A stretch of DNA of 64,000 nt from Octopus sinensis. Lineage: Eukaryota. The notes beneath the pieces are model-generated. The model did not search any database, was not told where the DNA came from, and worked only from the letters and a program-made list of their open reading frames with translations. How positions within the stretch are numbered: position 1 is the first letter of the stretch; every line of letters starts with the position of its first letter. Both the position numbers and the translations under genes were made by a program. The stretch spans positions 147,932,001 through 147,996,000 of the forward strand of contig NC_042997.1 in the NCBI RefSeq assembly GCF_006345805.1, in the 5' to 3' direction. Positions 40,604 to 56,959 of the stretch are shown piece after piece.

Positions 40604-41045
40604 GTGTGTGTGTATGTATGTGTGTGTATATGTTTATGTGTCTGTCGTTGTTCCCCTCAAATCGCTTGACAACCGATGCTTGTGTGTTTACCGAACCCTA
40701 AACTTAACCCTAACCCTGGATCTTACTTTATCGTGCTATTTTGCCAAACCGCTAGGGTTATTACTACTTAAACACGCCAACACCGGTTGTCAAGAGGTGG
40801 AGTGAAAAAACAAAAGAAAAGCAAAGACACAAAGAGATCCACGCATCTCGCCAGCGGGTGCACGTACATATATTTATATATGACACCTTGCCACACAGGT
40901 TTTGTGTATGAAATTCAATCACAAGATATAATTTAGTTCGCTTCTACAGAAGAAAATTAACTAAGGTGCCAAACAGTGAGATTGAAACCCAAACAACTTG
41001 CTTGTTACTTGAGCTTCTTAATGACTCAGCCATGCATGTACTTAC
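40265..41045. mobile_element. Cluster of SINE family A pieces (40265-40440 plus, 40455-40695 plus, 40720-41045 minus)
   Basis: Similarity to the intact copies. Confidence 0.7.
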
Positions 41046-41455
41046 CCATACATGCGGTTTGGTACAATGTGTCTATAAACGCGATATATAGTATAAAACT
41101 AGCGCTGTAGTATCTATTCCCAAAACCATGAGTGTTCATAACACACACAGACGGTATCCTATGATGTAGATACAATGGCTGAAATATCCATAAACTAGAA
41201 ATACTGATTATCTAAGAAGAGAAGGGTATATTTATTCAAAATTTCATATACCTACAATTGTTTCCACAGCAATAATTGCCACTTTGTTTTTACGAGACAG
41301 CGCTTCTTCACTCGCTAGTTTATCGATTATTCAAATGATTGAATAATTATTTGTAGAAACTCAAAGTGAAAATATCGAGAAGAGTCAGATTCTAATAATG
41401 TATACTAAGTGTACGTATTGAATTTGTTCTCCCCCATTTCTGAACAGCAACATTC

Positions 41456-41456
41456 A

Positions 41457-41538
<82 letters not shown>

Positions 41539-41801
41539 GTGTCTATCTGTCTGTCTATCCATCCATCCATCCATCGATCCTTCCATCCATATCTTTGTCT
41601 CATTCCCCCCCCCCATCTATCTCTTTGTCTGTTTTTCTGTCCGTCTGTCCGTCTATCCGACTGTTTGTCTGTCCCGCTGTCTATCCATTCATCCATCCCT
41701 TCATCTTCGCTTTCTACATCTATCTATCGATCACTTTATCGGCTTCTTCGATCTTAAACACACAGATAGAAGGATGGGGACAGAGAGAGAGAGAGGGGGG
41801 G

Positions 41802-41840
<39 letters not shown>
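41456..41840. repeat. (ATCT)n-derived and (AG)n microsatellites
   Basis: Direct inspection. Confidence 0.92.
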
Positions 41841-41841
<1 letters not shown>

Positions 41842-42444
41842 AAATAAGAGAGATAGAAAGAGACGGAGAGAAATGTCTGAAGTATAATACACAAAATTGC
41901 ATCTCGGAACAAGTACTTAACAAGTACATGTTATTATTTGATGTAGAGAAATTCACCTTACGTATAAAGCAAATATCCATCTTATAGTCAATTTGAAAAT
42001 GTATCAGATGCAAATGTCCAACGGTTATGTCAGTTAGACACAGTGCATTTATCAGGAATGCAAGCCTAAAAGCGTAGTCAAACGTAACAGAGAAACATGT
42101 GTAAATTGTGTATGGAAATGTCCATTTCTCATATATGAAACCATCCATCATACACAAGTACATTAAATATTTCTCGTGTTCCCCCTTCCAACATCTTCCA
42201 GCTATATATCATAAGAACCATCACAGATTTAAATCTCATCGTAATGTATATATGTTACATAGACACACACACAATCACAAGTACAATACATACGTGCATA
42301 CTTACATAATATAAAGACACGCAAACACGCACACACATATGCACACACACACACGCACGTAAACACACACGGACATATGCATTCAACATATTTGCACCCA
42401 CGTAAGTACTCATATATATATGTAGAGATATATATGCATACCTA

Positions 42445-42640
<196 letters not shown>

Positions 42641-43636
42641 TATGCAAATATGTATCAAAATATGCAAACGCACACACACATGCACACACTTTATATATAT
42701 ATATATATTACACAAATATATCCCGGCGTTTTGTACCGCAGATATATCTATCAGAGCGTAATCTGCAGCAGAGTGGAACCCTTAGATTTCTATCAATGAA
42801 TGTTGGGCAATACAAATAACACCATCGACTTAACATTGATCTATCGATCAATCTGCAATCCTAGCCAAGACTATTACAATCTTCAATATTTACATACCAT
42901 ATCTGAGTATTGCATAATTCATTAAATTTCCACGCATTACAACCACCTTTCTTACATAAACAAATTACTCATCTTTCTGGTTCTCTTGTTACTTCCTTTA
43001 AATCATAAAACCATAGAAATATTCTCATTCAGAAAATATTTTTTTCTCTCTTGCGTGTCATCTAATTATTACATTTTTACTAATATTTTTGATTAATTTT
43101 TATCTATTTATTTTTATTTTAACTTTTGGCCTTTGATCTCCTTCGCACTCTAAACTTTTGTGTAGTTTTTATATTTCCCTGTTTGCCATAAGGATATTTA
43201 GCAATAAATTTTTGTTATTCATGAACCAACGTATTACTAAATGATACCGTATTCACTAGTTACCTTTTATTTTTATGATTTACTTTAAACTGAATATAAT
43301 TGTTCACATAAAGCAGAACTTTTCATGCACATATCCAATCTAAAAGTCACTTTATGTGATACATTTTCTTTTTAGTATATATCATGATCACATTCACTAA
43401 GCATATTACAAAACCTAAATTCCTGAAATATTTTAATAAGTGAGAAAGCGTTCAACACGTATGACGTATAACTATGCAAATATATCAAACCTATCCGTTT
43501 GCATTATTTAACGTGTAGAGAACGTTTCTAGACCTAAAAATCTAATTTTTTCTTTGTTACTACACTGTTCCTCTTACAGATACTAGATGTGTTACAGCAA
43601 CATTACAGCTATTCTTCTACACTAATCTTTTCACTA

Positions 43637-44936
43637 CAAGGTGGTATCAAAAAGTTCCCGGACGAGTTATGCTTAATAAAAAGAAAAAAAAACTTTACCT
43701 ATGTTTTAACATCATCTCCATCGAAATAGTCACCTTGCGCAGCAATTCACCGGTCACAGCATCCCTGCTACATTTGGAATCCGTCATGGAATTTGTTTTC
43801 CGTAAGCGAGTCGTAGACCTTCTGCGATTCACACTGGATTTCGATAACAGTGTTAAAACTGTGACCTTTGACATGCCTTTTTATTTGGGGAAGAGAAGAA
43901 AGTCCGCAAGTGCTAGATCTGGCAAATAATGCGGGTGCGTTGCCGACACAATGTCTTTTTGTTGGTTTTTTTTTTTTGGCAAGAAACTCACGAATGAGGA
44001 GAGTTCAGTGACAGGGTGCATTGTCATGGTCAAAAATCCAATTCTTGGCGCTCCACAGATTTGGTCACTTTTGCTGATTGTCCCCTCTCAAACGCTTCAA
44101 AACATCGCAGTAGAACTCTCGATTGATGGTCTGACCTTGGGGGACGAATTCTCGATGCACAATACCACGGATGTCCAAATAAACTATGAGAAAGCTTGTG
44201 ATTGAGCTGCGGCTCTGTCGTGCCTTCTTCGGTAATGGAGATGAAGGGCTCTTCTATTGGAATGATTGCTGCTTCGTTTCATGATCCTCGTCATGAAGGA
44301 TGGAGCATCAGTGCAACGCTGACGGAGACCTCGAAAGACTTCGATGCGGCGTTCTTTCTGATCAGTGGTCAGCAGGTGGGGGACAAAGTTGGCAGAGACA
44401 TGTCGCATGTTCAATTCAGATCTTAGGATTACCTGAACGGACACATATGACAACCAACAACACCAGAAATGTCACTGAGTATCCTCCTACTATCCTCATG
44501 CACAATCTGATAAATTGTCTCCACATTTCCGGGGGTGAGGGTCATGGCAGTCTTCCAGATCACTCATCCTTTTTCGGAGACGTTTTTCCGCTTTTGAAGC
44601 GTCCGTGCCCCTCGAAGCATTACGTACGACTCACTGCCTCGTCTCCGCAAGCTTGCCGAAACATGCTCAATACCTCTGCGGCAGACTTCCCAAGTTTAAC
44701 ACAAAATTTTACGTTGAGTCTTTGTTCCAACTTCTTGTCCATGACAAAATCGCAGTTTACGGCGTGCATATGATCACAAAACTACAAATTTCAAAACTTG
44801 CGAAGTGAACACAGCAATGTCGTTCGTCACTCTGCCTCATGAAGGTCACTGCTTGCTCTCAGTGTGCACGCAATCGTATGCTACCATCTATTGGCACGCT
44901 ACAGAAATAGTCCCGAAATTTTTTTGTACTACCTCG
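43637..44936 (-). mobile_element. Decayed full-length-size mariner
   Basis: 1300 bp; imperfect TIRs (caaggtggtatcaaaaagttcccgg / tcccgaaatttttttgtactacctcg) flanked by TA; VSANFVPHLLTTDQKERR and FLFPK motifs. Confidence 0.9.
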
Positions 44937-45446
44937 TATTTCCATAAAGTTACATTACATTGGTACAGTAACACACAAAGAGAGAGATTATAGACGATTG
45001 AATTGATACTAGGAATTAGTATACTTCACTATTTCATGCTCCCTACTCCTCTGTATCTCAAAAAATATTACATCTAGATTCGTGCAATACATAATCTGAT
45101 TCTCTGCTGTAAGATCGTTTTTTTTTTCTCTATCAAAATATATTTCCTTTCTGACCACATATAACTCATTTTATTGAGTCTCAATCACATTATCTTTCCA
45201 AGGACTACAATATTACCTTGTAGGGCTTTTCGGTTTCTCCACATAGTATATAATAACATTAAGATCTATATTAATCTAATTGAAGATGTGAAGCTGCCAC
45301 ACAATTCGTGCTCGCGCTTTCTAGCGAGATGTAAGTCGATGTCAGTATACAGGAAACGGATACTGCTACATGTCTCTGTGCTCGCTTTTCAAAACATTTT
45401 CATTATTGAAACCCTGGACAAACACAATTTTTTTCTCTTTCCCAAA

Positions 45447-46174
45447 GAATTATCCAGTAACTTTTTGCAAGTTTATTTTGTCCTTTTGTTTTCTCTCCTT
45501 GTGTTGTATGAACATTTAATGTGGGTTTAAAATCAGATTTGGCTGCTATTTTCAGCATGGCGGTATCTCGTAGATACCCTAAATTATAATTATAATAATT
45601 ATCATTACCTTTGAAAGTTTTAATTCCCATGCTGGCCACTTGATAAGATCGATATTTAATTTAAATTAACGATATTATCTTTATTGATGTAAATTTTAAA
45701 TTTATTTCGTCATTGTATTTACTGCGGTGATGTTTTAGCCATATCGCACGATGTGTTACGAGGCGGGCAATATAAACTGGTCGTGTTGCATACGTACATA
45801 TATATCTATGTATACGTTCGTATATGTAAGTATTCGTATGTTATATGTACATATATGTATGTATTTATGTTACTTTCTGCGTATCTTCCACTGAAGAGGC
45901 AAAGTATTACTTAATGCAAATCCAGAAATCCGGGATCTGGAATTATCCAGTAGCTTTTTGCTAGTTTATTTTGTCTTTTTGTCTTCCGTCCTTGTGCTGT
46001 ATGAACATTTAATGCGGTTTTAGAGTCAGATCCTGGCTGCTATTTTCAGCATGGCGGTATATCGTAAATACCCTAAATTATAATTTTGATAATAATTATT
46101 ACCTTTGAAGGCTTTTATTCCATGATGGCCACTTGATAAGATAGATTCTTAATTTAAATTAACGATATTATCCT
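45447..46174 (+). mobile_element. ORF-less hammerhead element, partial tandem (period 493 nt)
   Basis: 45447-45682 is repeated at 45940-46174 (roughly 85% identical by eye); HHR lies immediately upstream of the second copy; 3' end in TA/TG microsatellite. Confidence 0.75.
45886..45942 (+). ncRNA. Type I hammerhead ribozyme motif
   Basis: Stem I TTCCA / TGGAA; CTGAAGA 45891-97; stem II GG..CC with one extra A; GAAA 45925-28; stem III A-TCC-g-GGA-T; ATC triplet ending at 45937. Confidence 0.75.
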
Positions 46175-46222
<48 letters not shown>

Positions 46223-46224
46223 TG

Positions 46225-46410
46225 TATGTGTATTTGTTATTTGTATCTGGGCTTGACCTCCAACCATCGCTTGAAAACCAATGTTGGTGTGTTTGCATCC
46301 CCGTCGTGTTGCAATTCGACAAAATGAGACCGACCGAATAAGTACTAGGCTTACAAAGAAAAAGTGCTGGGGTCAAGCATGGCCACAGTCAAATGTTTGA
46401 AAAAAGTAAA
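46225..46410 (+). mobile_element. SINE family A 3' part
   Basis: ccatcgcttgaaaaccaatgttggtgtg..catggccacagtcaaatg. Confidence 0.7.
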
Positions 46411-46458
46411 AGAATATGTATATATATATAAGCATATATGTGTATATATGGATATTAA

Positions 46459-46489
<31 letters not shown>

Positions 46490-46558
46490 GCACAACTTGT
46501 TGTACATGTATGTCCTTACTCTGGTATGTATATGCATAAACACACACACGTGTATATA

Positions 46559-46633
<75 letters not shown>

Positions 46634-46669
46634 ATGTGTCTGTGTGTGTGTAAATATAATATGGGAACA

Positions 46670-46772
46670 TTATTCGGTAGCCATGATAAAACTCCGAGTT
46701 TCAGATTTGGGGGCGGCGTGGGTTTCCGCCCCCACATCCAAAATTCAGAGTTTTATCATGGCTACCGAATAA
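46670..46772. repeat. 103-bp hairpin
   Basis: Perfect 25-bp outer arms (46670-46694 / 46748-46772) plus an inner tgggggcgg / ccgccccca stem. Confidence 0.9.
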
Positions 46773-46861
46773 TTTTTACCTATTATATTTAGATAAATTC
46801 CTCTATTTACATAATATTGAGGTGTCTTTCATTCTTTTGTTGTCTTGCCATTTCTATCAAA

Positions 46862-48288
<1,427 letters not shown>

Positions 48289-48475
48289 TATGTATATATA
48301 TACATACATATAATATATATACGCACGCATATGTATATATAATATATATACACACACGTATATATATATATATATATACTTACATACATACATACACACA
48401 AACGCACATATATACATATGTATGTGTATGTGCGAGTGGTTGTCGTAAGTTCAACGTGCAACGTCATGACTTTTA

Positions 48476-49673
48476 TTGGGTCATCCCTTGAATAATGCAG
48501 TTTTTCTATACTTTTATTTTTCAAAATCAAGAGAAGCAAAATACTTTTTTCTTTATCTAAAACATACTCTCTTTAATTGTCTAGAATGTTCTTCCATCTA
48601 TCTAGTATAGTTGCAAGGGCCCTTTTCCAAAATTCGCTTGTCCTTGAACAAAAATACTCCTTAAGTACTGTTCTGACCCCGTCTACAGAATTCATGTTTT
48701 ATTCGTCCAAATGGTTTTGTAAACTGCGGAACAAATGATAATCAGATGGGGCAATGTCCGCTGAATATGGTGGGTGGGGCTTCGTTACCCATTGAATCTT
48801 CTTAAGCTTTTCGAATGTTATCCACGCTGTATGTGGCCGAGCATTATCCTGATGGAAGAACACCTTTCGTCTTGAAAGCAAGGATGGTCGTTTTTCTTCT
48901 AGCGCTGACGTAAGTCGCTCTAGCTGCTCGCAGTAGAATTCTTTGTTATCATTTGGCTTGGGTTTAAAAGTTCAAAGTGGACTAAATCTTTCTTACCCCA
49001 TGAAACAGATAAAAACACCTTACGTGGGTGAAGACATTCTTTAGCCTGGATTGCCGGTGATTCTCTTTTCCCTACTCATTGTCTTCGGCGCTTGACATTA
49101 GAGAACCCATTGCTCGTAACCAGTCACTAATTTTGTCCAAAAAAAGTTTCATTCGTGAGACGTGACACCAAAGAAGAACACACATTCACTCTCTGCGCGC
49201 GATTAGACTGGAAAAGTTTGTGAGGAACCCATTGACCCAATTTGCTGACTTTTCCGATGGCAAGCAGCTGTCGATGAATGGTTGAATGACCAAATGGATT
49301 CTTCTCTGCTAGTTTATCAACGGTTACGGTGGAATTTTGTCCCACCGGGGTTTGCAGGACGTCCTCGATGAGCTCTACAGGACAAGGCTCGTCTTCTAAG
49401 TTCTAGTTTCCGCCTCGGAATTTCTGGAACTGCTGCTAACATTGGTATACGATTACTGTCCGATCCTTATAACCTACATTAATATTCCTCGCACTTTCCG
49501 TTGCGTTCTTGTTAAAATCGAACTGCACTTTTCAAACCTTGTACTAAGAATAAGTACAAGGTAAAATTACTACCTACATTTATAGCAAGTTGAGGTAGGT
49601 AGTTTATTTCGTCCTCCATCGACTTTTAGTTCATGCAATTGAAAAAAGCCGCATAATTTATGGGATGACCCAG
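48476..49673 (-). mobile_element. Decayed mariner of a different subfamily (WVPH type)
   Basis: TIRs ttgggtcatccc.. / ..tgggatgaccca; KLGQWVPHKL, HQDNARPH, HPPYSADIAPSDYHLFRSLQN. Confidence 0.92.
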
Positions 49674-49994
49674 TGGAAAGCAGTTGTATAATGAAGAAAA
49701 TTCAACGCTTACGTGTCATATTTGTACAAATACTGGAATTACAGTTTCTATTCTTCACGAAATTATAATTTAATACTTTCATTAATTGAGCTAAATTTCA
49801 GTGTATTACTGGTATTTATATAATCAAGACTAGTAGGAAAGAAAACCAAATGTAAAGGTTGAAAGTATTCCAGTGGCATGTTGAATGTGTGATGTGAATA
49901 TATTAACACTAATGGATTTACTTTAATACATTTATGCTACATTACTTCTCAATAGGGAATCGATGAGTATGGAAATGAAGGTATGCAATACATT

Positions 49995-50040
<46 letters not shown>

Positions 50041-52185
50041 GTTATTTGTGTATATATATATATATATATAATATATATATATATATACACATACAAATAC
50101 ATACATATACATATATATATATAGAGAGAGATAGATAGTTATAGATTTATATACATATATATATATATATGTATATGTGTGTGCGTAATTTAATAATACG
50201 GTAAAGTTTAAAAGCTCACAAAGTGAAACAATGTGTACGCATATTCACACACCTGTATACGCATATGGATACTACTTCCTAGGATATAACCAAATATATT
50301 GGAAACATTAGGGCAGATATTTATGAATATGTTTGCATAACTGCATTTAAATATTTGCTTCTAAAATCATGTTACAATATAAGTGTCATCGGTAAATCAG
50401 CGTACAGTAATCTAACTATATTCTCTCATTCTAGTTAGAATACTATTATCGCAGGATATTCATATGGATTGTTGCTTAAAGTTAGTTAAGTATAAAAGAA
50501 TGTTTGAACACATGCGTACACACGTACACGCACACACACACCAACACCCACACACAAATACACACATAAACACACACATTTGTATACACTCACAGTCACC
50601 ATATATTAGAATGTACGTCTATGTATGTGAATAGAATTTCTGAATGAAACCTTAATTGAATGGCATTCTATCGATCTGTTCTCGCTCTGGCAATGGTTAA
50701 TAATTAAACTACCGGCCTTAAACTGCATGCTGTAATTATGTAATATCGACAATATGCAACCTTAAAAATTGTGGATACCTTACATATTCTGTTGTAGTTT
50801 GCTCGGAAGTGTCGTAGTTGTTATAACATTGCGTAATATTGCAGTATGGATAGCGAAAATGTTATACCAGTGTAGGATACATCTGAAAACTGTGTGAGAA
50901 CTACAAATGTGCGGTGTTATATTACATGTCAGGAGACAGTTGTCAAAAATATTATTTTAATATAGGTTATGTTGGTGTCACAAGACTATGTGGATACCAA
51001 TACTGTTTCTATTGTGAAAAGAGGGGAATTGATGTTAAGGAATAATTTCAATTATTTCGAAAATAAATTATCCTGCCCCCATAAACTAACAGATATCAAA
51101 ACGATGATGCACATACTGATTCTTAATTTGCTCCGTTCGTGTTGAATATGTACATATGTTTCGTTTCTGAAGAACATCTCATTTCAGACGGTGTACGTTG
51201 ACAGCTTACTCGCCTCATAGATGTAGGAAGACGTTGAACCACCTGTGTTTCGTAGTGATTCAGTCTCTTTCGGCAAAGATTTTCAGGAACATTGTATCTA
51301 AACAAGAAGGACTGCTCGTTGAATTCAGTAAACAAATTATTTGCTGATACATGTTGATGTCTAGCCATCTGTTAAGCCGATGATAAATTGGAATGTCTCC
51401 GTTATATAGTAAGAATCAGTATTTGCCAGCAGATTTCATCGTGAATATGCCAATTACTGAATTCTATAAGCAGGACCAATAGTTCTTGTTTATATTTATT
51501 TACCCGAAAGTAGCTTTCACTGAAGAGATGCAACCAAATCAAAATCGAGTGGTTCAAAATGTCCGTACAATAAAGAGTCGGGTGTGTTGTCAACACATAT
51601 CGTTTGAAACGAGAATGAGTTCTTCAAAAGCGAAATGCAACAGTGATTAAACTATTTCCGATGAAATCTGCCAGAACATATTAAGAAGGAATGTGTACAT
51701 CATCTCTTAACAATTTCAGTATATCGGATTCCTTTCTGTTGTACACATTTGATTACAGTGTTAAAGGCGGAATATCTATATAGCCAGTTGGTGTCCTCAA
51801 AATAGAAGCCAGCTTATTACAGTTTACAAAAATGTAATATACACTGGATAATGATGCCTTTGATATTGCATATCTACATAAAAGCTGAAAGTGGTAAGGT
51901 CTAAAGCGTTTCTCATCATATGCTCTAAGGTGATGGACATTTCAATCAACTGGTTAACAGATACACATGTCTCTAAAGCTAAATTTACTTTTTTTTATAT
52001 ATAATGTATTAATTCATATGCACTGGATGTGAAATATAATTTTCTTAATATTCCCCGCACGTATAAAACATACATATACATAGATAAATACAAAATACAC
52101 ACAAATATACGAGTATGCATATATATATAGACGTAAGTGTGTATGTATATCATTGCTCAGCTTTATTTCAAGATATCTTGCCAAT

Positions 52186-52222
<37 letters not shown>

Positions 52223-52599
52223 CAGGTTTCTAACCTAGATATAAGGCACCTTCATTGGAATATCAACATCAACAACAGGTAATTTTGTATGTTTGTTTGT
52301 ATGTATGTATGTATGTACGTATGTATGTATGTACGTATCTTTGTATGCATGCATGTATACATCTTTGTATATATATGTATCTATATGTGCAAATTTATGT
52401 TTTGCTATATGTATGTATGCTCATGCATATTGTTATATATCTAGACATGCTCATATATATATAAATGATAAACTTCTAGAAAGTTTTATAGACTTTTACA
52501 ATTCTAGTGATTTGTAGTCATCGAATTAGCCTTCCATTTTCTGGTTCTGAGATGCCTAATTTCTCAAGATTGGTATTTAGACATATCTCATGGTCCCTG

Positions 52600-52722
52600 T
52601 ATGTATACATGTATGTATGTATGTATGTATGTATGTATGTATGTATGTATGTATGTATGTATGTATGTATGTATGTATGTAGGTGTATGTAGGTTTGTAT
52701 GTATACATGTATGTATGTATGG
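52600..52722. repeat. (TATG)n microsatellite
   Basis: Direct inspection. Confidence 0.97.
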
Positions 52723-52880
52723 ACACACGCACACATGCACACACTCATACAGATAAATGTATGGTTTCTAATATGTATAAATATATTTTACGTAGCACAC
52801 ATTCTCAAGTTGAGTATAATATCTGATGTGTATATATATATATATATATAAACATAAATGAATATATATATATATATATG

Positions 52881-53132
52881 GGGGATCGTGGCTTAGTGGT
52901 TAGGGTGTCAGCATCATGATCGTAAGATTGTGCTTTCGATTCATGGACCGGGTGACGCGTTGTGTTCTTGAGCAAAACACTTCATTTCACGTTGCTCCAG
53001 TCCACTCAGCTGGCAAAAATGAGTAACGCTGCGAGGGACTGGCGTCCCGTCCAGCTTGGGAACACATACGCCATGGAAACCGGGAAACCGGGCCCTTGAG
53101 CCTGGCTAGGCTTTAAAAGGGCGCATTTATTA
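52881..53132 (+). mobile_element. tRNA-derived SINE family C (V-domain-like core)
   Basis: A-box tggcttagtgg and B-box-like ttcgattc; ctgcgagggactggcgtcccgtccag core; ends in (TA)n. Confidence 0.8.
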
Positions 53133-53133
53133 T

Positions 53134-53286
<153 letters not shown>

Positions 53287-55072
53287 TAAGTATGTAAAAA
53301 TTTAAAATACTTTTAATATGCTTTAAGAAAGCATTTATTAAAGGGTTCACCGTCTAGAAATACTTTTATAAATTTATGTTCTAAGAAATTTCATATAATT
53401 TCGATTTCTCAAATTTCTAGAATTTTTTAAACTCCAATTTCTAGCAAATTTAAATATTCAGTGCATTCACTGCGGAGTATTCCATTCTCGTTTCCAAAGT
53501 CACGTACTTTCTGTTTTAAGTTTTCATTCCCTATTTGGAAAACTGAGAGATTATTCCATTAACGTATACGTGATTTATTATTTTTTATTTTATTAATGTG
53601 TACGTAATTTATTATTTATTGAATGAAAAGTTTTAAAATCATTGTATAATGTTTGAACGCTGGATATCTGTTGAAGAGCCTAGAAAGTTGTGTGATTACT
53701 ATTAGAAGACGAGGAGAAAAAAGTTACCGACAAATACTTGAAACGTATACCTCTTTCATAGTTTCCAAACACTCTGTACCACTAAACCTGTATATACACA
53801 AGCAAGTTGCTTGTGATACTCGCACACACACATAGATACAATTACACACAAATGAAAGGCAGTGAATGTGTGAGTTTGGTGTTCACTGACAAAACTTGTG
53901 CTGCATTACTTTTGCAAAGTTTTGTCATTAAACAGGTCGCGGTTTCAAAGCGATGAAAATATTTGACACAAATGAAATTGTAATGTTGAAATGAAACTGG
54001 TACTACTTGAAACAGAGGTACTACTTAAAAATAGGTGTAACGTAAAAAATATTTTGAATGTACGCTGTGTGGGCGTGTAAGGATACCCTAGCCGTAACCC
54101 TAAAATCTAAACTTAAAACTAACCCTCCCATTCATATCGTTACGTAGATGAATCGAGACCTCTGTATTTATTTATTTTTTTACCGAAAATGCTCTTTTGT
54201 TTTGAAGTGCAAAAAAATATTGGCCAAAATAGGTCCAGATTGGGATGATGAGCAAGGGGGTGTAAAACAAAAGAGTTTACAAAACTCTTTTCATACAAGG
54301 ATGCCTACACCCCTTCATTTTGAAGGCTGTGGTTTTAAAGACATGAGGAAAATCCCTGAAAAATCTTCCCCACAAATTTCTTTATAATCATAATCTATGC
54401 CATTTGAAAGGGATTTGAATAAATTTTCATTGAATGATACCGATCTTCCTGAAAATTAAGAGAGAAAAAAATTAGATCGTGTTAATTTTCCAAAACTCTT
54501 CTCTCCACGCCCTCGGAAAAATTCTTTGTCATAAATCTCTATACATATTGAAGCCACAACATCTAAGCGGGATTTGTAGTAAATTTTATTAAAAAAGTAT
54601 CCATTTTTCTGGATGTCATGAGACAATAAGTTTGGGGGCGTATACATCTGTAGTAGTGCCCTTTTCGTTATACGATTTTTTCATTTCATGTTTATTTCAT
54701 TCATTTTTTGCAATGTTCTCTCCCCTCTCTCACACATACCCTGCAAAGCTTGGGCTGCTGAATCTATGTTGCTTTGAGAGGAAGGTAAAACTTGACAAAC
54801 TGTTCTCCATCTGTTGTGGGACTACCGTGAAGTTTGTTTAAAAAAGAGAGATTATGACTGTGATAAAATAACGAAAGGAATAATTTCTAAGCAAGAAAGA
54901 AATAATTAGACATAAAATATAAAAATTATTAGAATTGGGAATCAAATATGAAAATATTTCAAGGGGCAAAAAGAAAACCGCCCTGTGGGGTTTTTTCTGC
55001 TAGTATATATAAATATACATATATAGATACAAACATATATACATACATACATACATACATACATACATACAT

Positions 55073-55380
55073 AGAACTGGCACTCCATCGGTTACGACGA
55101 TGAGGGTTCCAGTTGATCCGATCAACGGAAGAGCCTGCTCGTTAAATTATCGCACAAGTGGCTGAGTACTCCCCAGACACGCGTAAACTTAACGTAGTTC
55201 TCAGGGAGATTCGGCGTGATACAGAGCGTGACAAGGCTTTGAATAACAGGTACAACTCATTTTTGCCAACTTAGTGAACTGGAGCCGCCTAAAATACAGT
55301 GCCATGCTCAGCGCCTCGACGCACCGTCAGGTATCGAACTCCCGACGTTACAATCGTAAGCTGAATACCCTAACCACTAT
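55073..55380 (-). mobile_element. tRNA-derived SINE family D
   Basis: Head tagtggttagggtattcagc..gagttcgatacc; tail gttgatcggatcaactggaaccctc..gtaaccgatggagtgcc. Confidence 0.8.
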
Positions 55381-56049
55381 TATCTAAAGTATTGCGGAAA
55401 AAAACAAAGGTGAAACTCAGAGCTGACTACCAACATTTCATGACACACATACACACACACAAACACGGACGCACATGTACACACACGCACACACACATGC
55501 ACACACACACAAACAAACACACACAAAGCTAAGCACACACACACACAAAGCTAAGCACACACACACAAAGCTGAGCACCAAGCTAAGCATAGAGAAACGT
55601 TCTCTAGTTTTGTCATGTCTATGTTTATCTGTGATTTGCATAACTATGGGGTATAAGAAATATCTACTGTAAACCACAAATTCTTTATTTGCTTATTGTT
55701 CGTGATATGCCTTCACACACACGCGCGCATACACACACAGACACACTGACACATACACACACCTACACTGCGCGTTTGTATATGTGTGTATGTGTGTGTG
55801 TCTGTTAATTGTTTTGGACTTATACTTATTCTTGTAAAAGTCTTTGAGGCCGTCTGTGGAATCTGTACTAATTACATCACGAAACGTTTGTTTTAACTTA
55901 TGTTTCAGATTTTACAAAAATTCTTAAATTTGACATTCTAAATTACTGTTACCTCTTATAAAGTGTTAACCTTATCAACATATCTCTGCAACATGAGCAC
56001 CGTCTCATCATCACCTGAATTTATTGAAATTAATTTCTTTGCGACAGTT

Positions 56050-56464
56050 CTTTTATTCTTTTATTTGTTTCAGTCATTTGACTACGGTCATGCTGGAGCA
56101 CCGCCTTTAGTTGAACAGATCGACCCCAGGACTTACTCTTTGTAAGCCTATTACTTATTCTATCGTAGTCTTTTCTCGAACCGCAAAGTTACGGAGATGT
56201 AAACACACCAGCATCGGTTATCAAGCAGTGGTGGGGGTGACAAACACAGACACACAAGCATACACACACCCAACCATACACACACACTCACATATTCATA
56301 CGACGGGCTTCTTTCAGTTTCCGTCTAACAAATCTACTCACAAGTCTTTGCTTGGCCCGAGGCTATAGTAGAAGACACTTGCCCAAGGTGCCATACAGTG
56401 GGACTGAACCCAATACCATGTGGTTGGTAAGCAAGCTACTTACCACACAGCAACTCCTGCGCCT
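56050..56464 (-). mobile_element. SINE family A
   Basis: Full layout. Confidence 0.9.
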
Positions 56465-56959
56465 TAACGATACTCTTTGAACTCCATTTATTCTATTAAT
56501 CTATAACTACATTTTTGCAACTGCATTAATATTTACGCATGACAATCTGAGAAGGGAAGTATTTCTATTATAGAAAGTTGTCCTTTTTTCCGTGTTTATA
56601 ATATTTGATGTTTATTTATAGATTGGGAATTGTAAGTCATTTGTTTCTTTTTTTTTGCGTCCATCTCTTACTTTGCACCTTATACATCCATTTGTTAAGT
56701 ATAATACATATTTATTTACAAGCAGAATAAACTACATCTACTGAACTCATCACTTAAACATTAATACCTAGATAAATCTCCGTTGCAAATCGGATAATTC
56801 GACAACTAAATATTATATGTACGATTTGCCCATCTTATCTTAAAATTTTTCAGACACTAGTTTGGTGCTTCATGAATTACAATGAACGTCAAACTGGAGA
56901 TATACGCTATAAAAAGAAGATATAAATGTACCTATCGCAGTGTCATATTTAATGCATAT

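Noticed and set aside
40693-40718. AACCCT telomere-like motifs (also about 54085-54130)
   Set aside because: Only 2-3 degenerate units; not enough for an interstitial telomere call.
43580-43640. Possible exon (ILDVLQQHYSYSSTLIFSL) after cttacag
   Set aside because: The only donor lies inside a mariner TIR, and the reconstructed empty site stops after two codons.
51123-51700. Unassigned region with 64-81 aa ORFs and a CTGAAGA-GAT..ATC-AAAA motif
   Set aside because: No recognisable protein motif; the hammerhead-like string lacks G12, the UH triplet and stem I.
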